Below are positions 55,246 to 64,000 of a stretch of DNA of 64,000 nt, piece by piece. The translations under genes were made by a program, and so were the position numbers. This DNA is from an uncultured Anaerolineales bacterium (GTDB lineage Bacteria; Chloroflexota; Anaerolineae; CG2-30-64-16), in NCBI GenBank assembly GCA_964387985.1, contig CAYLZG010000001.1:438-64437 (forward strand), given 5' to 3'. Under the pieces are notes generated by a model. It worked only from the letters and a program-made list of their open reading frames with translations. It did no database searches and was not told the origin of the DNA. Position 1 is the stretch's first letter. Each line of letters begins with the position of its first letter.

Positions 55246-55274
55246 AGTATAGTTTATGTCTGGGGCAGGGTCAA
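55246..55274 (-). promoter_or_regulatory. Promoter TTGACC-17-TATACT for the GT-C-like/GNAT/ABC-2 operon; very short leader
   Basis: The minus strand reads TTGACCctgccccagacataaacTATACT, with 10 nt to the ATG at 55235. Confidence 0.65.
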
Positions 55275-55287
55275 ACAAAAGTTGAAG

Positions 55288-55315
55288 TGACACAGGCGGC
55301 TGAAAGGAGTATGAT
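55288..55315 (+). promoter_or_regulatory. Candidate promoter TGACAC-16-TATGAT for corA
   Basis: Hexamers at 55288-55293 and 55310-55315. AAGGTG lies 8 nt before the ATG at 55350. Confidence 0.45.
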
Positions 55316-55349
55316 GTGCGCAACAAGGTGATGACAAGGTGACGACACG

Positions 55350-56396
55350 ATGAGAACCCTGATCATTTGCCAGAACGGCAGCTTTTCGAGCGACCTTGCG
55401 CCGCATGCCATCAGCGATATGCTCGCTGCCCCGGATACGGTGATCTGGCTCGACATTCAGTCCCCCAACGATGACGACATCAGGCTGCTGCGCGAGGAAT
55501 TCGGATTTCATCCTCTGGCGATCGAGGACGCCACGCGCGCTCACGAACGACCGAAAGTGGATGCTTACGAACATGCGGTCCTGCAGCATCCCCTTGGGCC
55601 CGAAGAAGACCACATGTCCCAGCCCGAAGTCCCGGCTCCGCCAGGACGACAGGCCTACTACTTCATCGTGGTCTATGAGGCGCGCTTCGATCCCGCGCAG
55701 GATCATGTCCTGACTGAACCGATCAACATGTTCGTCGGGCAAAACTACCTTGTCACGGTGCACCAGGGCGACATCGAACACGTCCGCGATACCCTAACAC
55801 GTTGGCAGATGCCCGACAGCCCGCTGGGCAATACTGTCGGTGCGCTCGTGCATTCGTTCCTGGATGCCGTCGTCGATGATTATTTTCCGCTCATGGATCG
55901 CGTGGCCGATCGGGTGGAAGAACTGGAAGACACCATCTTTGAGGAATTCAACGAAGCGGCCATTCAGAGCATCTTCGGTCTCAAAAAGGACCTGCTTTCC
56001 ATGCGCCGGATCGTTGCGCCCGAACGGGATGTGCTCAACGTGCTCTTGCGCCGGGAGCTGCCGATCTTTCGACCCGAGGATGTCGCATACCTGCAGGATG
56101 TCTACGATCATATCGTGCGCGTTACGGAGAACATCGACACCTATCGCGATCTGTTGTCCAGCGCACTGGACTCCTATCTCTCCCTCCAGTCCAACCACCT
56201 GAACCAGATCGTGAAGGTGCTGACCATTGCGTCGATCATCCTGATGGCCGCCAGCCTGATCACGGGTTTCTACGGGATGAACTTCCAGCATATGCCCGAG
56301 TTGCGCTGGGGCTTGGGCGCCTTATGGGCGCTCTCCCTCATCGCCGCTGTCACGGCGGCCCTGGTCATCTACTTCAAGCGCAAGGGGTGGCTGTAG
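55350..56396 (+). CDS. corA: Magnesium/cobalt transporter CorA
   Basis: The signature GFYGMNF lies before the last TM helix, on a typical CorA cytoplasmic domain. Confidence 0.9.
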   Translation: MRTLIICQNGSFSSDLAPHAISDMLAAPDTVIWLDIQSPNDDDIRLLREEFGFHPLAIEDATRAHERPKVDAYEHAVLQHPLGPEEDHMSQPEVPAPPGRQAYYFIVVYEARFDPAQDHVLTEPINMFVGQNYLVTVHQGDIEHVRDTLTRWQMPDSPLGNTVGALVHSFLDAVVDDYFPLMDRVADRVEELEDTIFEEFNEAAIQSIFGLKKDLLSMRRIVAPERDVLNVLLRRELPIFRPEDVAYLQDVYDHIVRVTENIDTYRDLLSSALDSYLSLQSNHLNQIVKVLTIASIILMAASLITGFYGMNFQHMPELRWGLGALWALSLIAAVTAALVIYFKRKGWL

Positions 56397-58162
56397 GCGC
56401 CGCAGGCTGCGCCGATCAGGGCGTCGCTGATCCCGGTCGGACGGAAGAAAAACCGCGCGATGACCGGGTCATGGTCTGAGGTGCGCCCAACTTCTCCCGG
56501 GAGCGGCTCCCCGAAGTCCGCATTCAGGTGGACAGCACCGCCATCTGCATAGTACCGGTCCAACTCAGGCGAAATGATGATGTGGTCCACGGCCTGGGCG
56601 CGCCCACTGTAGATATAGCTATAGCGGCCGGCGGGCGAGATGTGTCGTTGATACAGGTTAACGAACGACTCGAACTGGGCCATCGGCTGCGATCCGAGGT
56701 CATCGTTGAAGTCGCCCAGGGCGATGGCATGCGGGGCATCCAGCAAAGAGGCCACGTGTCTTGCCTGTTGCACACGCCGGCCGAGGTTCTCGGCCTCATC
56801 TCCGCGCTTTGATTTCAGATGCACCACTACCAGGCGCACCTCCATGCGCCTGTCGCCCGCAGCGTTCGCCACCACGAGGTCCGCGACATACGGGGGCCGG
56901 TCATACAGGGGATAGGTTCCGCCTGCGCAGGGTTCCCCCTGCACGCGGGGGCCTCGCGCCGCGGTGACATCCACTCCGTAGTCCACATCGCCACATGCCT
57001 GGAATGACGCGCTGCTCCGCAGCTCGACGCGTGCAGCATCGTACAGCATCCCCACGGTGATGTCCCGTACGTCCGCGCTTTCCCAGTAGTCGAAGCGGTA
57101 CCGCGGTCCAGCGGCGCGCGCCAGGTCCGCCCATACGGCATCCTTCCCTTCCACCTCCTGCAGGCCGACGATCGTGCAGCCGCCCAATGCGTCGCGGAGC
57201 AACCTGGCGGTGGCATCGATATCCCGGCGATATGCAGCTGTATGAGCCGGCGTCCAGTCTCCCAAATCGCCGTCACCATCGTCGACTGCATCGAAGAGGT
57301 TCTTGATGTTGAAAGTGCAGGCGGTCCACTCGTCTGATCCAGACGGCGCAGCAGTTGCGGTCTCGACGCTGGCAGAAGCGAGCCTCAGGGGACCGGGATC
57401 ATCCACCAGGAGGACATAGCGACCGAACTGGTAGGCAAGGATTCCTGTCAGCGCCTCAGCCGTGAGGCGATCAAACGTGCCCGCCTGCGGTAGATCGACT
57501 CCCAGGCCGCCCGAAAGCGCCAGGCCGCCGCGATCGATGGGCAGTTCTCCGGCAAAGATGCGTTGGCCATAATACGGGCTGCCGCTTCCTACGATAGTGA
57601 TTTCCGGGTCACCAGCAGGATGGCGGGACTCGAAGCGCTGCGTCGGACCGGCAACCGATGTATCGAGATCGACGATCACGCGCTGGCCTTCGACCGCTTC
57701 ATATCGTGCGGACAGGTTCTCGTTGGGATCCACCGCCACTGCGATGCGCACCGGCGCGGGCAGCTTGCAGCTGCCGAGCACGCGGTAGGTCTGGGCCTTA
57801 TCATCCCTCAAGCCGGCTATCTCGGTCTGGCTGTAATACTCCTGCACCTCGTAACGGGTGATTTCGACCAGATCGCCGGGCTTCAACTTGCGCGGGTTCA
57901 TCCACTTGCTGTAACGGTAGACATAAACGCCATCGGAGGTGCGTACGTCCCCATCGCCAGCGGGGTCCTGCATGAAGAAGCCCTCGGCCGTCACACCCGT
58001 GATGCACCCGCGCAACGGGGTTGCAAGCTGCTGGCCGGCATAGGGGGATGTCAGGCCTGGGCCCTGAATCTCTGGGACCGTTATCACAGGTGGCGCAGGC
58101 TGGACGAGCACAGAGTAGGGAGCCAGGAGGAAACAAAGAAGTAGAATGAGAGCTCGATGCAT
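56369..58162 (-). CDS. Secreted endonuclease/exonuclease/phosphatase (EEP) family nuclease with N-terminal OB-like module (ExeM/NucH-like)
   Basis: Signal peptide MHRALILLLCFLLAPYSVLV. OB-like segment GCITGVTAEGFFMQDPAGDGD...GDLVEITRYEVQEYYSQTEI. EEP C-terminal motifs FNIKNLF, GLQEVE, GDFND and SDHDPV. Confidence 0.75.
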   Translation of the reverse strand: MHRALILLLCFLLAPYSVLVQPAPPVITVPEIQGPGLTSPYAGQQLATPLRGCITGVTAEGFFMQDPAGDGDVRTSDGVYVYRYSKWMNPRKLKPGDLVEITRYEVQEYYSQTEIAGLRDDKAQTYRVLGSCKLPAPVRIAVAVDPNENLSARYEAVEGQRVIVDLDTSVAGPTQRFESRHPAGDPEITIVGSGSPYYGQRIFAGELPIDRGGLALSGGLGVDLPQAGTFDRLTAEALTGILAYQFGRYVLLVDDPGPLRLASASVETATAAPSGSDEWTACTFNIKNLFDAVDDGDGDLGDWTPAHTAAYRRDIDATARLLRDALGGCTIVGLQEVEGKDAVWADLARAAGPRYRFDYWESADVRDITVGMLYDAARVELRSSASFQACGDVDYGVDVTAARGPRVQGEPCAGGTYPLYDRPPYVADLVVANAAGDRRMEVRLVVVHLKSKRGDEAENLGRRVQQARHVASLLDAPHAIALGDFNDDLGSQPMAQFESFVNLYQRHISPAGRYSYIYSGRAQAVDHIIISPELDRYYADGGAVHLNADFGEPLPGEVGRTSDHDPVIARFFFRPTGISDALIGAACGAYSHPLRLK

Positions 58163-58201
58163 GAGAACCGCTTCTCCCCGGATGCTGCGCTGGTATCAGC
58201 A

Positions 58202-58230
58202 ATGATGCCATGAATCGCGAGGCGAAGCAA
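58202..58230 (-). promoter_or_regulatory. Weak candidate promoter TTGCTT-17-TGgCATCAT for the nuclease gene
   Basis: The minus strand reads TTGCTTcgcctcgcgattcatggCATCAT. Both hexamers match 4/6. Confidence 0.3.
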
Positions 58231-58282
58231 TTCGTCCCTCAGGCAGGGCAAGTGCACAGCTGGTCAGGTTGCGGGTCAGCCT

Positions 58283-59239
58283 TCAATCGTAGCGCTTCTG
58301 CGGACAGGATATATCGTTCCACAGATCGCGAAGCCCATCACCCAGCAGGTTCAGTCCCACCACAGTAAACGTCATGCTGAGGCCAGGGTAGACTGCCAGC
58401 CAGGGCGCAGTATCCATGTGTGACCGTCCGGCAGCCAGCAGCGCGCCCCATTCCGGACTGGGCGGCTGTGCACCGAGCCCCACAAAGCTCAGACCACCCA
58501 CGGCCAAGATCGCCGTGCCAGCGCGCATCGTGGCAAAAACGACAAGCGACGATGTAAGGTTTGGCAGGATATGGCGCACCAAAACGCGCCCCTCGCTGCA
58601 TCCAACCGCGGTAGCGGCTTCTACGTAGGCCATCCTACGCGCTGAGAGGGCGAGGCCCCGCGCCAGACGATAGAAACCCGGCGCGCCGAGCAGTCCGACC
58701 GCTATGATGGCGTTTGTAAGTGTTGGACCCAGCCGCGCCACAACGACCAAGGCCAGCAGCAGACCCGGGAACGCCAGCCAGACATCGATAAGGCGCGAGA
58801 GTAAGCGGTCGAGCCAGCCCCCGCGATAACCGGCCAGCAAGCCTGGTGGAATGCCGAGCAACGCCGCGATTCCCATGCCCACGACGGCGGCTCGCACTGC
58901 GATGGCAGCTCCGAACAGCACACGGCTGAACATGTCTCGCCCAAGGGTATCGGTGCCGAATGGGTGTGTTTGACTGGGAGGCGCCAGGCGCGGGCCGGCC
59001 CGGACCTGGTCTGGCGCAAAGGATGTCACGACCGGCGCGGCCACGGCCGTGAACAAGAACAGCGCGACGATCAGACCCCCCACAATCAGGCTCATGGAAG
59101 TATGACGAAACCAGCGCCGTTCGCATCGACGCCCACCGTCATACGCGTCCTCACAAACATCCGGGCGGACACCCCGCACAGCCAGCAGGCGCGCGCACCG
59201 CGTTCGTGCGGAAGAGATCATCAGAGTGGGCAGCGCCAT
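58283..59239 (-). CDS. Peptide/nickel-type ABC transporter permease (DppC/OppC-like)
   Basis: BPD-transport fold with blocks such as ARLGPTLTNAIIAVGL and AYVEAATAVGCSEGRVLVRHILPN. The start lies 1 nt after the upstream stop. Confidence 0.85.
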   Translation of the reverse strand: MALPTLMISSARTRCARLLAVRGVRPDVCEDAYDGGRRCERRWFRHTSMSLIVGGLIVALFLFTAVAAPVVTSFAPDQVRAGPRLAPPSQTHPFGTDTLGRDMFSRVLFGAAIAVRAAVVGMGIAALLGIPPGLLAGYRGGWLDRLLSRLIDVWLAFPGLLLALVVVARLGPTLTNAIIAVGLLGAPGFYRLARGLALSARRMAYVEAATAVGCSEGRVLVRHILPNLTSSLVVFATMRAGTAILAVGGLSFVGLGAQPPSPEWGALLAAGRSHMDTAPWLAVYPGLSMTFTVVGLNLLGDGLRDLWNDISCPQKRYD

Positions 59240-59240
59240 G

Positions 59241-60173
59241 TCAGATCGCCTCTCGGCCCACGCGCGGATCCAGCCAACCGTGCGCTACGTCCACCAGGAG
59301 GTTAACCAGGAGGTACATGGTGGCCGCGACCAGCACCGCACCGAGCACCACCGGCTCGTCGCGATCGAAAATCGCCTGCACTGCCAGCCGGCCCAGGCCC
59401 GGCCAGCCGAAAATCGTCTCTACGATGAAGGCGCCTCCGAGCAGGTGGCCGAGTTGCAGGCCAAGCACCGAGGTCACAGGAACCAGGCCGTTGCGCAGCA
59501 CGTGCCCCACCACGACGCGGTGTGGGGTTAGCCCTTTCGCATGGGCCGTACGGACGTAGTCGGTCCCCAACACATCGAGCAGACCGCTGCGCACCAGACG
59601 CGCCACTGCTGCTGCGGTCGGCAACGCTAGTGTCACCGCAGGAAGGATCAGATGCGCAGGGCCGTCAGCGCCTGTCACCGGCAGCCAGCGCAGATGGAGC
59701 GAGAATAGAAGGATCAGCAGGAGCCCGCTCCAGAAGGTGGGGATGGCCACGCCGAGCGCTGCACCCGCCATGACCATCGTGTCCAGGAGCGTGCCGGAGC
59801 GCAATGCAGCCAGGGTGCCGCCCAGCCCGCCAAGGGCCGCCGCCAGCGTCACCGCAGCCAGTGCCAGCCCAATCGTATAGGGGAGACGCTCCAGTACCAG
59901 CTCGATCACCGGACGGCCGCCGACCAGCGAGCTGCCCAGGTCCCAGCGCGTCACGAGCCCTTCTAAGAATGCACCATAGCGAGCCAGGGGGGCGCGGTCG
60001 AGACCCAAATCTGCGCGCAGGTCAGCCAGCTGTGCGGCCGAGGCGCTGTCGCCCGCCAGCGCAGTCGCAGCATCACCCGGCGCCGAGCCCAACGCCAGAA
60101 AGGCGATCAAACTGACTGCCAGCAGCACGAGGAGCGAACTCGCCGCCCGACGGGCAACGTAGATCAAGATCAC
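59241..60173 (-). CDS. Peptide/nickel-type ABC transporter permease (DppB/OppB-like)
   Basis: N-terminus MILIYVARRAASSLLVLLAVSLIAF. Block DYVRTAHAKGLTPHRVVVGHVLRNGLVPV. Confidence 0.85.
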   Translation of the reverse strand: MILIYVARRAASSLLVLLAVSLIAFLALGSAPGDAATALAGDSASAAQLADLRADLGLDRAPLARYGAFLEGLVTRWDLGSSLVGGRPVIELVLERLPYTIGLALAAVTLAAALGGLGGTLAALRSGTLLDTMVMAGAALGVAIPTFWSGLLLILLFSLHLRWLPVTGADGPAHLILPAVTLALPTAAAVARLVRSGLLDVLGTDYVRTAHAKGLTPHRVVVGHVLRNGLVPVTSVLGLQLGHLLGGAFIVETIFGWPGLGRLAVQAIFDRDEPVVLGAVLVAATMYLLVNLLVDVAHGWLDPRVGREAI

Positions 60174-60203
60174 AGACTCCTACCACATGAGTAGCGCGAG
60201 ATA

Positions 60204-61892
60204 CTAGCGCGCCACCCGCGCGTCGTTCAGCAGCAGCCGGCCCATGTAGCCCACCCTCGCACCATCGACGCGCACACTCATTGCCACCACATCCAATGGC
60301 ACGTAGAGCGGCTGCCAAGGCGCATCTGCCAGGATCAGTTTCTGTGCTTCAACATAGAGGCCGCTGCGCCTGGCTTCATCCAACTCCCGTGCACCCTGGG
60401 CTAAGAGAGCGTCCACTGTCGGATTACTGTAGGCCACCCGGTTGGTGCTGCCGACCCGATCGGAGCCCAGGTAAATGTTCAGCGCGTCGGGATCATTCCA
60501 GTCATAGCGCCACAGAAGCAGGTCGAACTTGCCGGCCGTGGTTGCCTCCATCACGGCCTTGCTATCCAGTTGCTGGATCTCCACCGGCACGCCGATCGCC
60601 TTGAGCTGGCTTTGCAGCAACGAGGCAATAGCGTCATTAGGCGCCCGATTGGAGGTGAGCAGTACGCCCGTGAGAGCCTGTCCCTCTCTTGTCCATGCGG
60701 CATCGCTGCCCCCGGTGAAGCCCGCCTCAGCCAACAAGGCTTGTGCCCTGGCTGGGTCGTAAACAAGCTCATGTTGCGCCAGCGACGCATCAAAGCCTGG
60801 CAGCGTCGGCGGCAGGGGGGCAAAGGCCCTGATACCAACCCCGCCCAATGCTAGCTCCAGGATCTCGTCCTTGTTGACTGCATATGACAACGCCTGGCGC
60901 ACCTTGGGGTCGTCGAAGGGCGCCTTGGCCGTGTTGAAGCCCAAGTAGATCAGACTGTTCAACACTGCCTCTTCAAGGCGAATGCTGGACTCCTGCTTCA
61001 ACTTTGCCAGATGGTCCGGGTTGTTGATGAATATGACGTCAACTTCACCGGCCTGCAATGCGGCGAGCTGCGTGGCTGCATCAGGAATCACCTTGAAGAC
61101 GAACTGCTCCAGATGGGGCGCGCCCCTGTTCTCGGTCAGTTCTGACCCCCAAGCATAAGCCTCATTGCGCAGCAGAGTGATGGACTGGCCGGCCTGCCAC
61201 TCGCCCAGTATGAAGGGACCCGTGCCCACCAACTGAGCCTGTTCGTCGGTGGCGGCCTTTTCCATCGAGGCCGGACTCAGTATCCCTGCGTAGGGCATCG
61301 AGATAGTGCTCCAGAAGTTGGCGGCTGGTTCCTTAAAGCTGAAGCGAACAGTCAGATCATCGCCTACCTCGATCCCGGCGATCTGTTGGATGCCTCCATA
61401 GATTGGCGACTTCACGCCCTTTTGCTTGAAGCGCTCGAAGGTCAAGCGCACGGCGTCGGCGGTCAGCGGGCTGCCGTCGTGGAAAGTGACGCCCGACCGC
61501 AGAGTCATACTGATTGTCTTGCCATCGCTCGCCACCTCCCATTTCTCAGCCAACGCTGGCAACAGGCGGTTATCGACATCGCGCACGACCAGGGTGTCAA
61601 ACAAATAGGGCAGCACCAGGCTGAGCCCTGAGCTGGGTGCGCCCTGTGGGTCAATTGTCGCAGGCTCTGATGTCATGGCGCGCACCAGGGTGCCACCGGA
61701 CACAGGCGTTGCGCTGGACGCCACTGCCGTGGCTTCAGGCATGTCCGATGCAGATGCAGTCGTGATAGCGGGCGCAGTCGTGGCGTCTGCCACCTGCGTG
61801 GGTTGTGCGTCCGGTTGGACTTCCGGCGCACAGCCCGCAGCAACACTAACCAAGACGATTAAAACAAGGGCGAGACGAATACGATGGCTCAT
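60204..61892 (-). CDS. ABC transporter substrate-binding lipoprotein, family 5 (peptide/nickel/heme-type)
   Basis: Lipobox VSVAAGC. Family-5 blocks GGTLVRAMTSEPATIDP, VTFHDGSPLTADAV and YSNPTVDALL. Confidence 0.85.
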   Translation of the reverse strand: MSHRIRLALVLIVLVSVAAGCAPEVQPDAQPTQVADATTAPAITTASASDMPEATAVASSATPVSGGTLVRAMTSEPATIDPQGAPSSGLSLVLPYLFDTLVVRDVDNRLLPALAEKWEVASDGKTISMTLRSGVTFHDGSPLTADAVRLTFERFKQKGVKSPIYGGIQQIAGIEVGDDLTVRFSFKEPAANFWSTISMPYAGILSPASMEKAATDEQAQLVGTGPFILGEWQAGQSITLLRNEAYAWGSELTENRGAPHLEQFVFKVIPDAATQLAALQAGEVDVIFINNPDHLAKLKQESSIRLEEAVLNSLIYLGFNTAKAPFDDPKVRQALSYAVNKDEILELALGGVGIRAFAPLPPTLPGFDASLAQHELVYDPARAQALLAEAGFTGGSDAAWTREGQALTGVLLTSNRAPNDAIASLLQSQLKAIGVPVEIQQLDSKAVMEATTAGKFDLLLWRYDWNDPDALNIYLGSDRVGSTNRVAYSNPTVDALLAQGARELDEARRSGLYVEAQKLILADAPWQPLYVPLDVVAMSVRVDGARVGYMGRLLLNDARVAR

Positions 61893-61906
61893 GCACTTCT
61901 CCTCAT

Positions 61907-63352
61907 TCAGACGAATACTTGAGCGATGATTTTGCCTGCTGTGTCCTGTGCCTGCTTGATGCAGTCCGGCAGGCCCACCCCACGGTAGGGACTGCCGGTG
62001 AGGTGGAGGCCGGCGGGCAGACCGGCTTCCAGCGCGGCGATACGTTCCAGGTGACCCACGTCATACTGCGCGTTGGAGCGATCCCAGCGGTAGATCCGGT
62101 GGAATAGCGGCGGCGCCTCGATGCCCATGAACTCCCGCAACTGTGCTCGCACGGTCGCTAACAGCGCGTCACCGTCCAGCGCCATTGACCGCGGGCTGCG
62201 CGAGCCGCCGAAGAAGACCCTCAGCAACCCGTAGCCCTCGGGAGCTCGATGCTCGAACTTGAGCGAGCTCCAGGTAACCGCGTTGACGGGACGGCGCTCG
62301 CTGCTGGGCACCACCAATCCAAAGCCACGCAGCGGCCGGCGAATATCGGCCAGTCGATAGGCTAGCGAAATCGTACCGGTGCTGACATAACGAATGCTCG
62401 CCAGCCCGCCCGCTACAGCAGGGGCCACATCGCGCGTGAGTGCTTCCGCAATGTAGGCTGGCACAGCCAGGACAACCGCGTCGGCGTGAAGAATCTCTCC
62501 GCGCGCGGTGGTAAGGCTATATCCACCGGTGGGCCCATGCCTCAAGCGTTCGACGCGGGTGTTGAGGCGCAGGTCGCCAGCCAAGCACGCGACGAGCGCG
62601 TCCACCAGTTCACCGGTACCTGCGACCAGTGACATAAAAGCGGAAAGCGGTTTCTGGCCATTGGCGGTGGGCTGTGAAACGTGGCTGTTGCGCCGAGATG
62701 CCAACATGCCGCGCGTCAGGCTACCGTATTTCACCTCCAGATCGCGAAAACGCGGGAAGGTCGCCAACAGACTCTGTTTCTCCGCCTCGGAGTTATAGAT
62801 TCCGGACAACAGCGGTTCGGCGATTTTGTCCAAAGCCTCGGCTCCCAGACGGCGCCGTACGAAGTCGGCCAGCGTCTCGTCCTGTCCATCACGCTTCGGT
62901 GAAATCAACAGATCCAGCCCCATGCGCAGCTTACCCAGGGGCGAAATCAACGACGTGCGAACGAACGGCATGAACTTGGTGGGCACGATCAGCAGCACGC
63001 CGTCCGGCATGGGGGTCGGCTTGCCCCGGTTCAGCACGTAGACCTTGCGCATATGATCGTTGGTGCCCAGGAGCCGCCCAGCCAGGCCTAACTCGCGCGC
63101 CAACTGCACGCCCCACGGCTTCTGAGTGATGAAGGAGTCGGGCCCGGCTTCGACGACGAACGGACCAGCGTCCGTCTCGACCTGCTCAGTAAGGATGTGG
63201 CCGCCCCAACGCGGAGCCGTTTCCAGCACGGTATAGCGCAGCGGTAGCCCGTTCGTTTCAACATGCTGCTGAAGGTAGTACGCCGTGCTCAGCCCGGCGA
63301 TGCCGCCACCGATGATGGCGACGTGATACGATGTCGATAACGTTGGATTCAT
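61907..63352 (-). CDS. hemY: Protoporphyrinogen/coproporphyrinogen III oxidase (HemY/CgoX)
   Basis: FAD fold VAIIGGGIAGLSTAYYL. HemY colinearity through to the C-terminal GVGLPDCI. Confidence 0.85.
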   Translation of the reverse strand: MNPTLSTSYHVAIIGGGIAGLSTAYYLQQHVETNGLPLRYTVLETAPRWGGHILTEQVETDAGPFVVEAGPDSFITQKPWGVQLARELGLAGRLLGTNDHMRKVYVLNRGKPTPMPDGVLLIVPTKFMPFVRTSLISPLGKLRMGLDLLISPKRDGQDETLADFVRRRLGAEALDKIAEPLLSGIYNSEAEKQSLLATFPRFRDLEVKYGSLTRGMLASRRNSHVSQPTANGQKPLSAFMSLVAGTGELVDALVACLAGDLRLNTRVERLRHGPTGGYSLTTARGEILHADAVVLAVPAYIAEALTRDVAPAVAGGLASIRYVSTGTISLAYRLADIRRPLRGFGLVVPSSERRPVNAVTWSSLKFEHRAPEGYGLLRVFFGGSRSPRSMALDGDALLATVRAQLREFMGIEAPPLFHRIYRWDRSNAQYDVGHLERIAALEAGLPAGLHLTGSPYRGVGLPDCIKQAQDTAGKIIAQVFV

Positions 63353-64000
63353 GGAAGCCTGTCGTAACGGGTTAAGCGAGATCGGTGAGATCTGACGGTG
63401 GAGTGAAAAACCTCCGCCAACGCGGCGATCAGAGCAGGAGTGTCGTTGAGCATCGGGGTGCGTTCCATCTCTGTTCCGCAGCGGGCGGCAATCTCCTGCA
63501 AGCCAATATCCAGATCGTACAAGATCTCGACATGGTCGGCGATGAAACCGACGGGCGCGATCAGCAGCTGACGCTCACCGGCTGCGGCCAACTCCGGCAG
63601 AAGTGCTTCAATCTGGGGGCCGAGCCAGGGCACACCGGTCTGCGCAGCGCTCTGGTAGCAGCGCGTCCAGCGATTGGCGCGCAACCCCAGCCGCGCCGAG
63701 ATCAAATGGGCTGTTTCGTCGAGCTGGCTGTCGTAGGGATCGCCTTCGGCCAGAATCGAGGCGGGCAGGCTGTGCGCGGTGAAGATGATTTTTGCTGCAG
63801 CTGGATCCGCGAAACGATGCAGTGTCTCGCGCACGTTGGCCGCGATGCCGTCCAGGTAGGCCGGAACAATGTGCCAGCTCTCGACAAAATCGGTCGTCAT
63901 ACCCTTGCCGGCGGCGGCCAGCGCCTCGTCCAGGCGGCTGCGATATGCGCCGATGCTGAGACGACTGTAGTGCGGGGCCATACATATCGCCACGCAGTGC
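63349..64000 (-). CDS. hemH: Ferrochelatase / coproporphyrin ferrochelatase, partial (N-terminus off window)
   Basis: MAPHYSRLSIGAY, FTAHSLP and ADHVEILYDLD are ferrochelatase blocks. The frame stays open to base 64000. The stop overlaps the hemY start by 4 nt. Confidence 0.85.
   Translation of the reverse strand, partial: HCVAICMAPHYSRLSIGAYRSRLDEALAAAGKGMTTDFVESWHIVPAYLDGIAANVRETLHRFADPAAAKIIFTAHSLPASILAEGDPYDSQLDETAHLISARLGLRANRWTRCYQSAAQTGVPWLGPQIEALLPELAAAGERQLLIAPVGFIADHVEILYDLDIGLQEIAARCGTEMERTPMLNDTPALIAALAEVFHSTVRSHRSRLTRYDRLP

Overview
Visibly GC-rich, gene-dense 64-kb chromosomal stretch. All calls were made by eye from the sequence and ORF track; no searches were run. The gene content includes a bacterial Elp3, Pro/Thr-linker surface proteins, giant GT-C-like membrane proteins, the CpfC/CgoX heme branch, and many extended -10 promoters with short leaders. 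This suggests a Chloroflexota-like bacterium, which is inference only. I support about 47 protein-coding genes, one tRNA-Leu(CAA), several intrinsic terminators and a set of sigma70-type promoters. I saw no rRNA, CRISPR array, transposase, integrase or phage genes. Most long antisense ORFs in the track are GC artefacts. Several track ORFs have wrong starts, corrected here from SD, promoter and tRNA evidence. Items most worth follow-up: (1) A tightly coupled three-gene cassette at 6885-12704 (M29-like peptidase, an intact P-loop NTPase, and a degenerate paralogous NTPase fused to GAF-GAF-PP2C), abutting a C-terminally truncated glycosyltransferase. I cannot match it to a named system. (2) A SelW/Rdx-family selenoprotein hidden by an in-frame UGA (38704-38958). 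(3) A full-length Elp3 head-to-head with a Trm9-like methyltransferase (39455-41909). (4) Two adjacent envelope proteins sharing an unassigned C-terminal domain, one of them tethered to tandem cytoplasmic cNMP-binding domains (25493-28590). (5) A membrane protein built of six repeats, inside a cluster with three paralogous GT-C-like proteins (43-55 kb).
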